Positions 28,338 to 41,625 of a stretch of 64,000 nucleotides of DNA are shown here, piece by piece. Location of the stretch: the NCBI RefSeq assembly GCF_009914755.1, contig NC_060928.1, one strand, 5' to 3'. The notes below the pieces were generated by a model that saw only the letters and a list, made by a program, of their open reading frames with translations, was not told the DNA's origin and made no database searches. A program made the translations under genes and the position numbers. The DNA comes from the human T2T-CHM13v2.0 reference genome, Homo sapiens. The first letter of the stretch is position 1, and every line of letters starts with the position of its first letter.

Positions 28338-29319
28338 AACTAAAGGGAAGGAATTCCACCTGAACGCAGAACAATGGGATTCAAGTCACTGGAACATCAA
28401 TTGACAGAGAATTATTCTGAGATAAGTCCTTTAACCTCTCTGGCTTCTGTGTTTCTTATCTTTAAATAAAGAAATTGAACCATTTTAACCCTGGATCACA
28501 TCTTAACCTATTATCAGAGCATATCATGGTTACCTGACACTGGTATAAACATCCCTCACATAATGAAAGATTTGAGTATCATTTTCTGACTGCTCTTATT
28601 TTTTCTAGCTAGCATCATAATGACAATCACAGCAACAACATCATGGGAGGGCCTCCTGTGTTCGTGTACCATTTCCCAAGTTTAACACGTTTGATCTGCT
28701 GATGTCCTCTAGTAGTAATATCTCCAGTTTAGGACTGAGGAAACAGAGCTTATGTCACTTCCTGAAGGTCACAAAGAAAGTAAATTACAGGGCTGAAATT
28801 TGAACCCACATCTGATTTCAAAATCTGCTCCTCCCTTTCTACCAACGTCTATCTTCCTGGAGCTGGTAACTTTCATTAATGAGAGGAAGAAAACAAAACA
28901 AAACAACACAATCCATAAGGTGGGGCTAAGCAGACCTCATTTCTGTGAACAGTGTGATTCCTTGAAGTATGTAAGGCAATTACTTTGAATACATTTAACA
29001 CACGTATTGATTTCATATAAAAGCCACTTTACCTAAGAGTGATCAATAAACAACAAAGCTTACTTGTAGTTGTACTAAACTGCTGATTTATTGACAACTC
29101 TGAGATATTTTGTCCCTGGTGAAAAGACACAAAAAATAGAAACTGGAGAGAACTTTGGAAAGCTTCTGCCTTAAAGAGGTTACCATAGGCAAAAGGAAAT
29201 TTAGAACTAGAGAAGCCTAGCAATTTATTTAAGGTCACATGGCTGGTTAGTGGCAGAAATATGGTTGGAATGTATCTTACTGCCCACCTGAGTTGGGGTT
29301 ATTGCTGATATTATTTTAT

Positions 29320-30640
29320 TAAATGAAACTGGATATTGTTTCAGAGGAAGCTTATAAAGAAGTGTGGTAGTGCAGATTCTTCAATGATAAGCCAGAATTA
29401 CTCACACCAATAAAGTTAAGATGCTAATTCTGGGCAGAGGCCACAGCCTAAAGCAAAGGTATGGGGGGTCTGGAATCGCATGATGTGTTTGGGGAACGAT
29501 TAGAAATTCCATATTACTAAAAAATGAAAAAGTACAAACCAGGAAGCAGTTGGAAATGAGCCTGAGAGGTATGGAGTATTGAGGTTATGAAGGACTGAAT
29601 ATGTCATCCCAAGGCATTTGATGTTCATAAGGGGTTGCTAAAGAATTGGTGCAGGAGAATGGCATGAATAGATTTGTATTTTAGCTTGCTTTGGCTATAG
29701 TATGGATTTAAGGGGTGAGGAAAGGAGGAAGATACAGCATCCAAGACTAAAAAAGTGAGATGAGTTGGGCTTATAATATTCCAGGCAGCAAATGGTAAAG
29801 TCTGTGCAATGTCAATTTTACAAGCAATGAAGTAGAAGAGGAAGACTCAAAAGATTTTTTGAGAGGTAAAATAACCACAACTCAGTGCTCGATTCAATGA
29901 GAAAGGAGAGAGTATATGGGCGACTCCCAAATTTCTAACTTGGACAACTGATGAATGGTGATGACATAGGGAGACCAAAGAGGAATACATTGGGCCAAGT
30001 GGAAATAGTAAAACTAGTATTGAGTTCACTGTATCCCTGCACCATCGCTGTCAAGATATCCTGGAGAGACAGTCCACACAGAGGTGATGGTCCATACCAT
30101 TGCAATGTGTGAGACTCCCCAAGGCAAAAGAGTAACACAGTCAAGGTGAGAGTCTTGGAGAATGTTACAGAAGAGGAGGAGCCTACAACAATTACTGTGG
30201 GAGAGAACAAAGGAGTTGGAAGCAGAGAGGGAAAGCCTTGTGTCAAAAGCCAAAAATAATTTTCTTTTTCACACTTCATGAATTATAATTAGCTTCAAAT
30301 TCATAGAGTTCCACGGAAGTCAAAAGTGACTTCATTTTTGCAATATGGGTGTCACTGGTACAGAAGATCAGTAAGGATGGAAATGCAATCACATGGAGAC
30401 GTTAGCTGCAGAATTGAAACAGGTGTGTTTCTGTTTTACGGGATTCAAAAATGCTAAAGGGGAGAGGACAGGACATAGGAACAAAGTGGTGCAAGCATGA
30501 CATATAAACATATTGAGGAGCAAGCAGAGAGGAAGAAGTGAATGTAGGGAGAGAGGAGACAAGTGATAGAACATCTCTGAATGTGGAGGGACCAATAAGG
30601 TGTTATTTGGCTTTGGCTTAGAAAAACTGAGACTCATGTG
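29320..30640 (-). mobile_element. L2 LINE, long degenerate antisense segment
   Basis: ggagaatggcatgaatagatttgtattttag; gactcccaaatttctaacttggacaactg. Confidence 0.55.
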
Positions 30641-30727
30641 AATAGCAAAAGTATAGACCTTTTCATATAAAATATTGTACTATTACGGGAGTTAATGCTT
30701 ATATGACAGGCCAGAGGTTCCTTGTAA

Positions 30728-30752
30728 AAACAAACAAACAAACAAACAAAAA
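30728..30752 (+). repeat. (AAAC)n microsatellite
   Basis: aaacaaacaaacaaacaaacaaaa. Confidence 0.85.
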
Positions 30753-31559
30753 CCCAATAAAAACAGGGGTTCCCAGATTATAATGTTAGCTGCAGATCAG
30801 ATGTTTGGAAAGGCCACGAGTTTCCCCTGACATCCACCTGGTCACATGGAGTGGCTCAGTACACAGGCAGAGCTGGCCACGTGTTTTCCCTGCTTTGGTA
30901 AGCCAGTTACCTGCTTCTCAAATAATCAGGAGAATATAATCTTTGGCAGTGTGGGTATCATGCAGATAAAACTAACAAGTAATCATTGGGGCCTTCTCAC
31001 TTTTTCCCACTTATTGAAGTTTTTTCTGAATAAATACCAAAAAGCCTAATCATAGAAAGCTTTAATTGGCTCAATTCTAATTAATATACAGATGATTAAG
31101 ATAATTTATATTTCATATTTATTTATTACGTGAACTTCCTTAAAACACAGTATCTATCTACCATTTTTTTTTCTACATATAACCTGCCTGAGAACTCAGA
31201 CCAAATGAGTTCCCAAATTATGCTGGACAGTAGGACAAGTTTGATGAATTTCACCATAAATATGGTTTGGCACAACTTTATTTGAAAATAGAATTATAGA
31301 ATTTAAGAGGCCTCATATCCGGAATGCTTATATAGTTTGAATGCAGAGTGACTTTGGTTATAGTGAAGGAGGAAGGACAGGCCCTCAGTTAGGTGTCTCA
31401 AATACCTTCTTATTTAATTACAGCAGCATCTCTACCAGAGAGTATTACGCAATTATTTTTATCCTAAAACATACTCTTTCCCCTGACATTTGCATTTTTT
31501 CTGAAATTTGCATGCAAACTTTGGTTGATCTACTCATTAAAAATAATGTTTATTCTTCG

Positions 31560-32000
31560 CACCTCATGCCCTTAAAAGTATTTATGTCAATAGGAGAGCA
31601 ATAGAGAGCCTTAAAATGGAGGCGATTGAAGCACAGAGAGACTACGCATCTCAACAAGGTACACAAACCAGAATTAGTAGAGCCAGAATTTGAACTCACG
31701 TCTATCTAACTTGAAAGCTGGTTAAGAGCAAATCTTTGCTATGTAGATGAAGGCACTATGCTGGGTCCTGATAAGGCAGCACCTGCCCTTAAGAAACCTG
31801 CATGCAGAGGAGGAAATGGACACTAAAGAATAAACAAGTAGATAAGAGAAATTTAGATGCTCCATAAATTCTACAAAGGAAATAAAACAGGGTAAGGTAA
31901 TAGAGGCAGATTGGGGAGTTGCTTCTTGCTGTCCTCTTCCAAGAGGTAACTTCTGAATTTCTTCCCATTCTTGTAAAATTGGGCAACAGCACATACCATG
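31560..32000 (-). mobile_element. MIR then L2 3' fragment
   Basis: agagccagaatttgaactcacgtctatctaac; aggcactatgctgggtcctg. Confidence 0.55.
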
Positions 32001-32633
32001 TAAAAGAAGAGGACTTGCATAAGCCGTAAGATAGAAAGAAACTTGCTTTTGACCAACTGTAAATCAGACATTGCCACTCCTCATTGTAAGCTCTAGGTGT
32101 CTCTTTTTAAGGGACCATAATCTACTGGGGAAAACAGATAAGCCAAATTATATATGATGTTGTTATACATCAAGAGCTATAATGGAGATGTGTTCAAGAT
32201 TCTACAGAAGCATGGAAGAATGGAAATTTGCTGTCGGTAGAATGAGTGTTTCAGAAGTAAAGATGGGAGTTAAGTTGGTCTTGAAGAAATAGGATTTTGC
32301 CCAGGACATGGGGCAGGGAATGGGTAAGTGCATGCCGTGCCTGGGAGATGTGTCTGTGTCATGTAACACAGCATGGAAGTCTGATGAAGGATGGCATTGG
32401 CAGTTGTATTGTCATGGCGGACCTAACTTGGGGTGCAGAATGGGGCATGACAGGGGATGTTCTGAACAAGATGTAGCACCTGGAAATAATTAAGCTTGGC
32501 AAGGTCTCACAATAAATTCTCTCTGTTCTTGAGGACAAATGTCACTGAAAATACTTCAAGTGAATTTCCTGGCAGTGCCTGGCTGACTTTCCAAGGTCTC
32601 TTGCTGAATAATGTAGAGGGAACACTGTTTGAG

Positions 32634-32812
32634 TCAGTGGTTCTCAGTAGAATCACCAGTAGAACTTAAAATAATATGAACACAAATTTAAAACTTTAAA
32701 AAAATACCCTTGAATAATTAAAATCAGCAGGTCTGGGAATGGGGATTGCACATTGGTGATTTTTAAAGATCTTCAAGTGAATGTAATAGTCATCCAGCGT
32801 TGAAAGGCACTA
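32634..32812. mobile_element. MER5B-like hAT-Charlie element
   Basis: cagtggttctcagtagaatcacc...aatcagcaggtctggg...cagcgttgaaaggcact. Confidence 0.6.
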
Positions 32813-32974
32813 TTTCTAGAAGACTTGGAAGGGAAACTGAGTTTTCCTGAAGGCCTGAGACACCGTATATGGCGGAACCTGTACAGAAAGAAGTCATCCA
32901 AGAAAAGACAAGGAACTGACAGGGACTGATCTTAGGACTGGCAGTGTCCATGTTCCAGGGTTTAGAAAAACTCA

Positions 32975-33190
32975 TTTTTTAAACTGTTGTGTTTACATAG
33001 TAGATGTATATATTTATGGAGTATATGGGATATTTAGATAGACTATTGTCACCCTGTCATGCTTTCAAAAACTAGATCTTATTCATTCTTTCCAAGTTTT
33101 TTTGTACCCATTAAACCATCTTCTCTACTCTGCCCCCGACCCACCCAGCAACTTCCCTTCCCAGCCTCTGGTAGCCATCTTTTTACTTTA
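32975..33190 (-). mobile_element. L1MA 3' end fragment
   Basis: acatagtagatgtatatatttatgg...cccttcccagcctctggtagccatc. Confidence 0.75.
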
Positions 33191-34064
33191 GAGAAAGTCA
33201 TTCTGAAAGCAAAGCAAGTGAAAGAAATGTAATCTTTAGGCAACCAAGCTCTGAAGTCTAATGGTGAGATCCGAATTTAATGGCGCTCTGAATACTCCTC
33301 AGTAATTATCTCAGAAGAAAACAATGGCGCCAAAGGGAAGCCCTGATTTTGAACAGTCCCAGGTGACAGTAAATGAGAAGTAATCTGACTAAGAAACCAA
33401 CGGAGAGTCATCCCTTGACTTTCTTTTCCATAATGACACCTGAAGCACACTTGTTTATTCTGTAAACTTTAGTTAAACAAATTTACCCTCCAAGACACTG
33501 GGGGTTTGCCAGAGAACAGTTAGTTTAATTGGAGCTCATCTGTTTTTGTTCCTAATGAGCCTCCCATTTCATAGCCTGCTCCTAGTTTGAAATAAAATGT
33601 CCCCCCTGTCTGGGATGATTAAAAACCTGGTTAAGCATACAATATACAGTAGCTGCCAAAATGTTTCCACCAGGCAATACTGCTCAGAACTGAGACCTGC
33701 AGGCAGGATTAGAAGAGAGAAATCTGTTGATTTTTTCCAGCTCAAAAACAAACAAGCAAAGAAATCACATCCAATTATCTGAGTTATATTTTATTAAAGA
33801 ATCCACCGGAGAACTGCATTCACTTCTCAAGATTTGCTACCAAACTGTCTCCCCATTCTGTCTTTTAAACACTCCTCCACCCTTTTTGTTCTCTAGTTGG
33901 TTTGTAATTTAGAAAGTGTGATAAACAATTTTGGGGAGCCATTAAGTTTTACCAGTGTTTCTGTCTGAAATTAGGCTACTATGTTTGCCAAAGAGCTGCT
34001 CTGTGCTATAAAATCTTTATTAAAAATACAATTATTTACAAAATTATTAATACTTATGGATTAG

Positions 34065-34411
<347 letters not shown>

Positions 34412-35486
34412 GGGATTTTCTTTTTAAGAAACTGTAAGGTGCTAATCATTGGGTATTTCATTAGGAGACACATTTAAAAAATCTGATTCTCCAAGCACTT
34501 TGTTCTTAGACTCCCACATCCCTTTCACCCTCCCCCAAATTCAGGATCACAGGATTTCTTCTGTCTGCCTTATGTATTTTGCAAGCTAACTATTGCACTA
34601 GAAAAAAAATATCTTTCACAAATAATACAGAAGCAGATGTTTTCTGGATCATAATGATCAAATAGAGTGAGCTAAATTGCTCATTGATCTGTGATTCCTT
34701 GTCATTTGAAAATCCGATTAAAAGTGTAGAACTTTTAGAAAAGACAAATATACACACACTATTACATACATCATAACACTAAGCGTGAGGAGTGGGATTC
34801 ATGTTATGAATACATAGCATTTGTTCTGGGAATAGCAAAAGGTTGATACTCAATACATACTTATCCAATGAATAAATGAGTGAATAAAATTTCAGGATGG
34901 ATTTGGATGGCTTTGCAAGTGAGTGTCAATAAACCCTGGGTTCAGAGCCTCCATTATGAACGAAATAATTATGAAATTGAATTCTCCTGATTTCTTTTGG
35001 CCTTAAAGACTTTCTTTCCTTTACTGTGTTAAGGGTTGACCATCTCCTTCCTTTCCAAACAATTAAAATGTATGGAGGGCATATATGTTTGATTAGGTTT
35101 TCATGTAGAGAATTACAGTTACTTCCAGCCTGTCTCATGATTTCCTTGATGGGATATTTGGTTGTTCCTAAACTCCTCTGTAGTGCATTTAATTACTATC
35201 TCATAGTTTTCCTACCACATGTCTAATGTAATGCATTTTATTCTTACAGCTTCATTCTCAAAAGACATCATTTATCCCTTTATTTCCAAGTTCCTAGGGC
35301 ATTTTAGTACATGTCTTGACAAAGGACATATCCCTTCTCTGCTGCTGGAATGGGCTGCCGCCTCTGAGCTGCTTCAGGCACGCATTCTGAAAAGACGTTC
35401 ACACAGGGAAAAATTCCGTTCACCTTCCTTCTCATTCAACCGTCCTGATTTTGTCTGTGCCATTTTAAAAGACTTGTGTGCCTACT

Positions 35487-35706
35487 TTCTTTGTCAGCTA
35501 CATCTGCCATAACAAAATACCAAAGACTGGGTGGCTTAAACAACAGGTATTTCTCACAGTTCTGGAGATTGGCAAGTCCACAATGAAGATGATGGCCAGT
35601 TTAGTCCCTGGTGAGGGCCCCACTCTCATGACCTAACCCAACCCTAATTACTTCCCAAAGGACTCTTCTTCAAATACCCTCATACTCGAGGTTAGGACTT
35701 CAACAG
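35487..35706 (-). mobile_element. MLT1A-like LTR with an internal deletion
   Basis: gccataacaaaatacca...ggtggcttaaacaac...ccctaattacttcccaaagg...gttaggacttcaaca. Confidence 0.75.
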
Positions 35707-37724
35707 TAGGTCACACACTTACTGCTAATTAAGGATGTCTCTGAAAGCTGTAGGGGGTCACAGATGTCACTAACACCAAACAATGAAAAAGCACAAGGCG
35801 TCTTCTTTGATTCGTTGTTATAGGAACATGTCCACACTTCCCTCCCTCCCCTTCGCCAGTCACTGAAAGAATACAGGATGTGACTATAAAGTGATGTCTC
35901 CAATTTTTAACATTTAAAATAGAAAAGAAATTGTACATTTAAAGAAAATATGGTGCCTTTTCAAGAAGTCCCTTGGGGAACCACACTCTTAGTCTAATGA
36001 CGCTTCTGAATGGCAGAGCACCTTTTTTTAATTCCCCAAAGAAAATGCCTGCAGACTTTGTGGCGTGTTCTTTCGAACGTCCGCTGCCAGGAAAATCCCT
36101 GACCTTTATGCGATGAATTTGATTTTGGGAAATAGCAAAATTGCCTTTGGAGACAAGTTTTGCAATCAAGTTAAGTGATCACACCAGAGAATTCTGCTTC
36201 AGGAACAAAACTGGGACAGATAATAGACTAATAAGATGCCTTCACCACCAGGCTTGTAAAACTTGTCTTGAGACCAATTACAATATAGACCTTTTCAAAC
36301 TTATTTTTAGCAATAAGAGCATAGTATGGTTAGTGTGTAAATTAAGGTAAAAATATTGAAACACAAGATATATTTGAAAGCCTAAGTAATCCTATTTTTT
36401 AGTTTAACCTTTCCAAGACTGTCTTTGCACACTTGGATTTTTATTTGAAAATAACACCAATTTGAAATTCATACTAATTGATGCTACCACTTCAAGAGTT
36501 CATGAAACCAAGCAGTTTCAAGTGAATTTGCGTTGGATCACCCTGTCCTGAGAGTTACCTTTTGGAAAACATAACCTGCACATATGTCTCATTTATTCTA
36601 CTCAATGCCTCCCGATGAAATCAGTAGCAACAATATATGCATAGTAGCGAAATAATTGGGCAAAAGATGAATCATAATTTTGATTGTAATTGGGGGCAGT
36701 GAGAGAGGAGGAGGAAAATACAGTCATTAAAAACATATATAAGTAATTGGCTTCTTTGCTTTCTTGTGAAATATGCTAGCCCCACAACATGATTCTTACT
36801 CATTAACTTTAGAAGTGCTGTTTCTACCGTATTCACTTCCTAGTGGCATTGCAGGAGATCCGTTTGCAATTTGTGTGACTGACTCAAGATTTCATACAAC
36901 TCTTGTTTCTGAAATGTCTTCTGATCACTGAGTCATAAGAGTAACACTTCTCAAGTTGTTATTGTTCTGAAAGTCTTTGAAGGGTCTGGGATACTTGGAC
37001 AATATTATTTCCATCGGTACTTTTCCATCCTCCTGTGTATGGTATTATTTCCAGCCAACTTTGGAAAAATAGCATTTCAACAGCTTTGCATATCCACATT
37101 GCACCTGCTTCTGGACTATAAATGATTACGTATAATTTAAATTTATAGAAAATGTTCACAGGAACCAGATCACAGGGCACATATGTGACTACTGATTGCT
37201 TCTATTTCTTATTTTCCAAGTATAAAAACATATTTATAATGAAAAGCTTATACTTGCTTTATCTCCAAATCAACAAAAATTAAACCTCTTTGATATTAGC
37301 CAGATAGACTACTCTTTCAACTTTGACCTTAAAGGACAATAATGAATCTCATTAAAATCATATTTCCAAAGTGGCTTTCAGAAAGTCTCCTACTCTTACA
37401 CTATCCCCAGGTTCAACAAGTTTATTTTTGGATGCACTTAATGCTTTCGTTTCTTCTTTTCAGATTCTGATTTAATCACTTAGCTTCTGTGGCATAATCA
37501 AGACAAGTTGGATGAATTGTCTCCTAACTGGATTATAATGAAAGAAGCTCTAACTGGTCTTAACGTAGTTTCGATGTTTGGAGTCTTTCACAAAGAGAAA
37601 CAAAAGCATGATAAGAATGTGCTAAGCTAATTCGAAAGGGAAGCAAGGGTGTCACAATTAAACAAGGGTGTCCAATTATATTGTTCCCATACATCATTCC
37701 ACCACTCCAATAGGACATGGGCTT

Positions 37725-37820
37725 ATAGAGAACAGAGTCAAGCCTTGTGGTTCCTGTTGTGCCCAGCACACACAGCATTGTGCTTGGTATATAGTAGGTG
37801 CTCAATAAACATTTGAATAT
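37725..37820 (+). mobile_element. L2 3' terminus
   Basis: agcattgtgcttggtatatagtaggtgctcaataaacatttgaat. Confidence 0.7.
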
Positions 37821-37885
37821 AATTTAATCTAGGCTCTCCCAGGGAGAAAATATAGTTTAGGGTTCAAGGTAAAGAATCTCAACAT

Positions 37886-38183
37886 GGCCAGCACAGTGGC
37901 TTATGCCTGTAATCCCAGCGCTTTAGGAGGCCAAAGCAAGAGGATCGCTTGAGTCCAGGAGTTCAAGACCAGCCTGGGCAGCATAATGAGTCCACATCTT
38001 CACAAAAATAAAAATAAAAAAATAAACTGGATGTGGTGGCGTGCATCTGTAGTCCCAATTAATCAGATTGCTTGAGCCTAGGAGGTCAAAGTTTCAGTAA
38101 GCAGTGATCATGCCACTGCACTCCAGCCTGGGTGACAGAGTAAGACCTTGGCTCGAATCAAAGCAAAACAAAACAAAACAAAA
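37886..38183 (+). mobile_element. AluJ with an internal deletion
   Basis: ggatcgcttgagtccaggagttcaagaccagcctgggca; (AAAAC)n tail. Confidence 0.9.
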
Positions 38184-39479
38184 ACCTCCAAAACATTTAA
38201 ACATTAGATTCTCCAGATATATGTATGTTTTGTATATCGATCATTCTATGCCACAGGAAATGTTCAACCAGGATCTGGGTAACCAGATTAGTGTCACAAA
38301 GAAGGAGTTTGTAGATCACCTAGGAAGTAGAACTAAGTTATATCTAAGCAACCTTACAAATTGAAAATCTATCAGTCTTTGAAAACATATCTGTTCTATG
38401 TTTCTCACAGTCTTATTGGTGATGGGATAATGACCAGTTGGCCATGATCTTAACAGGAAACGACAATGTAATATGCTAGCCCTTCTAGGTAACATATTTA
38501 CCCTGGCACAGAATGCCTTAATTCCAAGGTGTGACTCACTGTAATCCTGAGAATTACAGTAATTTGGGGGTGGAATATTATGGCCAAAGGCAATGAGCAC
38601 AGAGGAAACTTCTCACTGCGAAGCTGAGAATGAACTGAAATGATCAAAAATTGAATGCTTGAAGTCTTTTAATAAATTATAGGTAGAAGGTAAACTCAGC
38701 TATTTCTGGACAGCAGGAAAGGGTCTAAACAGAGGAGGTAGCACAGACGCAGCAATGGAATGTGAATGAGTCATATTTCCACATCAGTAGGGCTATGAGG
38801 AGACCACTCTGAGATGATATGACAGATAGTGGCTGCATTCTTCAGCCCTAGGAAAAATGAAGATTGCAGGAATTAGGTTAGGAGGTGAAGACTTTCAGGG
38901 AGGTAGAGTGGGAACCAGAGGCCAGGGAGAGTGTTGTCAAGTATGCTGACCACACAGTGAACACAGAGGATACAGCTTGATGCTCCTGAAGTCATTACAG
39001 GCAGGGTTAAATTCCCCTCAGTGACCCACTGACCCCCAGACACCAGGCATGGGGTCGACCAGCTCTCTCCAGTTCTTCTCCACCACTACATAAGAGAAGA
39101 AGCCTTGAAAATGCCACCAAGCTTTTGGGCTCAGAATGAATCATGATGGAAGCTACTGCAGCCTTGACACTGGAAGGCATTTCAGTTCTGTCAACTCTTG
39201 CCTCAAAGGAATGTTCATTTCCTTTTACACAAGATAAAGCTTCTTTGAGGAGGATTTGTGTCAGGTAAAGAGGAACACTGAATAAACTGTTGTGGTGGAT
39301 GTCAGTGTCTATTCTGTGCCTGAAATTGGAATTTGGGCTTAGAACTTAAATACAGGATGTGACTCAATGAACAGAGACCAGAGTTCCAGTACAAGATATA
39401 AAGAGACTTTGTTTTGAATCAGTTCTAGTATTTCTAGAAATTCTTGTTATATTTGATGGAGTGAAATCGGTAATTCTTT

Positions 39480-40010
39480 GAAACTCTTTACCTTGTCAGC
39501 TTCCATAGTACTCTGCTGTCCTCATTATCCCTTTACTTCTCTGAGCCTTCACAGAATCCTTCTTATCTTCCCAACTTACATAAATGTTGATGTTCCCCAG
39601 GAATCCATTCTCAGACCTCACTTTCTCTATATGAGCTCATCCATGCTGCTTCCTCCAATCATCAACCATATTCTGATGACATCTACATCTTTACCTCCAG
39701 TTCAGACTTTGGATCTTTAAAATCATATAATTGCTTCTACCTTCTAGGTCTGACTATCTCACAGATAAGCAAATGCAACATGATCAGGATTTATCTTCAC
39801 ATCCAAGAGGTCCTTCTACTACAAGACCACCACATGCCCCATGAAAGTCATACTAAAAACTTAGGAGGTGTCTTGAATTCTCCTTTCCCCTCAAAGCCCA
39901 TCATATCTACTCTGTCAAGTCCTTTTCACATTCCCCCAACACTATTCATGGATGAGTCTCATCTTCTCCATCTCTGGAATCACCTCGCCTTAAAGGAAAC
40001 ATCCAAATTT
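39480..40010 (+). mobile_element. L2 LINE fragment
   Basis: aaatgttgatgttccccaggaatccattctcag...aaaacttaggaggtgtcttgaattctcc. Confidence 0.6.
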
Positions 40011-40125
40011 ATTTTTAAAATGGAAATGTACCCCTATGCCTGAATCACAGGAAAGCAATAATAATAACTGATTAATATTTCTGCATCACTTAAAGAATAA
40101 CATTCAAAATCACATGTCTTTTATT

Positions 40126-40862
40126 ATGGAAATGCAAATCAAATCACATTGAGATATTATGCAATACCTCTTAGGAAAGCTGATATCAAAAATTGGAAAG
40201 CATGAAGTGTTGGCAAGGATGCGTGGATATGGGAACATGAGTGCATGGCTGGTTGAAATGTAAAGTGGTGCAACTGCTGAGGAAAATGGTATGGTAGGGC
40301 CTCAAACAGTTAAACGTAGCATTACCATTGACTCAGCAATTCTACCTTTACGTGTGTGCCCAAAGAATTAAAAGCAAGGATTCAGATATTTGCACAGCAT
40401 TGTTCATAGTAGCATTATTCACAATAGCCCAAACGTGGAAACAACGCCAATGTCCATTGATGGATGAAGGGATAAACAAAATATGGCATAATATACATAC
40501 AATGGAATATTATTTAGCCTTAAAAAGGAATGAAATTCTGACATATGCTATGGCATTGATGAACCTTGAAAACATTATGCTAAGTGAAATAAGCCAGACA
40601 CAAAAGGACGAATGTTGTTATTAGTTTTTCTCAGATTACACATATTTGAAATATCTTAGAAGAAGCAAATTCATAGAAATAGAAGGTAGGATAGTGGTGA
40701 TAAGGAACTCTGCGGAGAGAAGAATAGAGAATCAGTGTTTAATGGGTAGAGCTTCAGTTTGAGATGATAAAAATATTCTGGGGATGGATAGAAGTGACTG
40801 TTGCACAACACTGTGAATGTAATTAATGCCACTGAACTGAACACTTAAAATGGACAAAATGC
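40126..40862 (+). mobile_element. L1MB 3' end (ORF2 C-terminus and 3' UTR)
   Basis: gaaatgcaaatcaaa...gaaaacattatgctaagtgaaataagccagacacaaaagg...aatgccactgaactg; ORF 40328-40624 is L1-like. Confidence 0.9.
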
Positions 40863-40864
40863 TA

Positions 40865-41625
40865 GAAATATATATATTATATATATTATAAAAATGGAGA
40901 GACAGAGAGAGAGGTAGAGAGAGCAGATGAGAAACAATGATACTCTATTTTTTTCTTCTCACAATTCCTTATAACTAATATTGGTTATATATATAACCAC
41001 TATTCTATATATCATGGTTATATATAATATATATATTATATCATATAATATATAACCATATAATATATATTATATATAACACATTATAGATAGCACAGAT
41101 GCAGCTATATATAATATATAATATATTATATTATTATAATTAATATAATATAGTATATTGTATTAATATAATATAATATAGTATATTGTATTAATATAAT
41201 ATAATATAGTATATTGTATTAATATAATATAATATAGTATATTGTATTAATATAATATAATATAGTATATTGCATTAATATAATATAATATATTAATTAT
41301 ATATATTTTTATTTCTAGATATATATTATATAATATGATATATAAATATATACAATATACATTTATAAATATATAAATATATATAAATATATACTATATA
41401 TACCATATATAAAATATATACAATATATACAATATATAAAATATATACAATATATAAAAATATATAAATATATACAATATATACAATATAATATGTTTAA
41501 TATATAAATATATATAAATTTTTTTTTATATATTAAAAAAGAGAGAAAGCTTACGGCATGTCAGGTACTATGCTTAAAAAATAAAAGAGTATATAAATAT
41601 ATATATTTATATATATCTAGAAAGA
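40865..41625. repeat. Extremely AT-rich (TA-type) low-complexity block
   Basis: Long TATA-rich runs directly after the L1MB end. Confidence 0.9.
41141..41292 (+). repeat. 28-bp minisatellite, about 5 copies
   Basis: Unit tagtatattgtattaatataatataata at 41151, 41179, 41207, 41235 and 41263 (last has one substitution). Confidence 0.9.

Noticed and set aside
41141-41292. Regularly spaced 28-bp repeats of CRISPR-like unit size
   Set aside because: Head-to-tail with no spacers, in primate DNA; a minisatellite.
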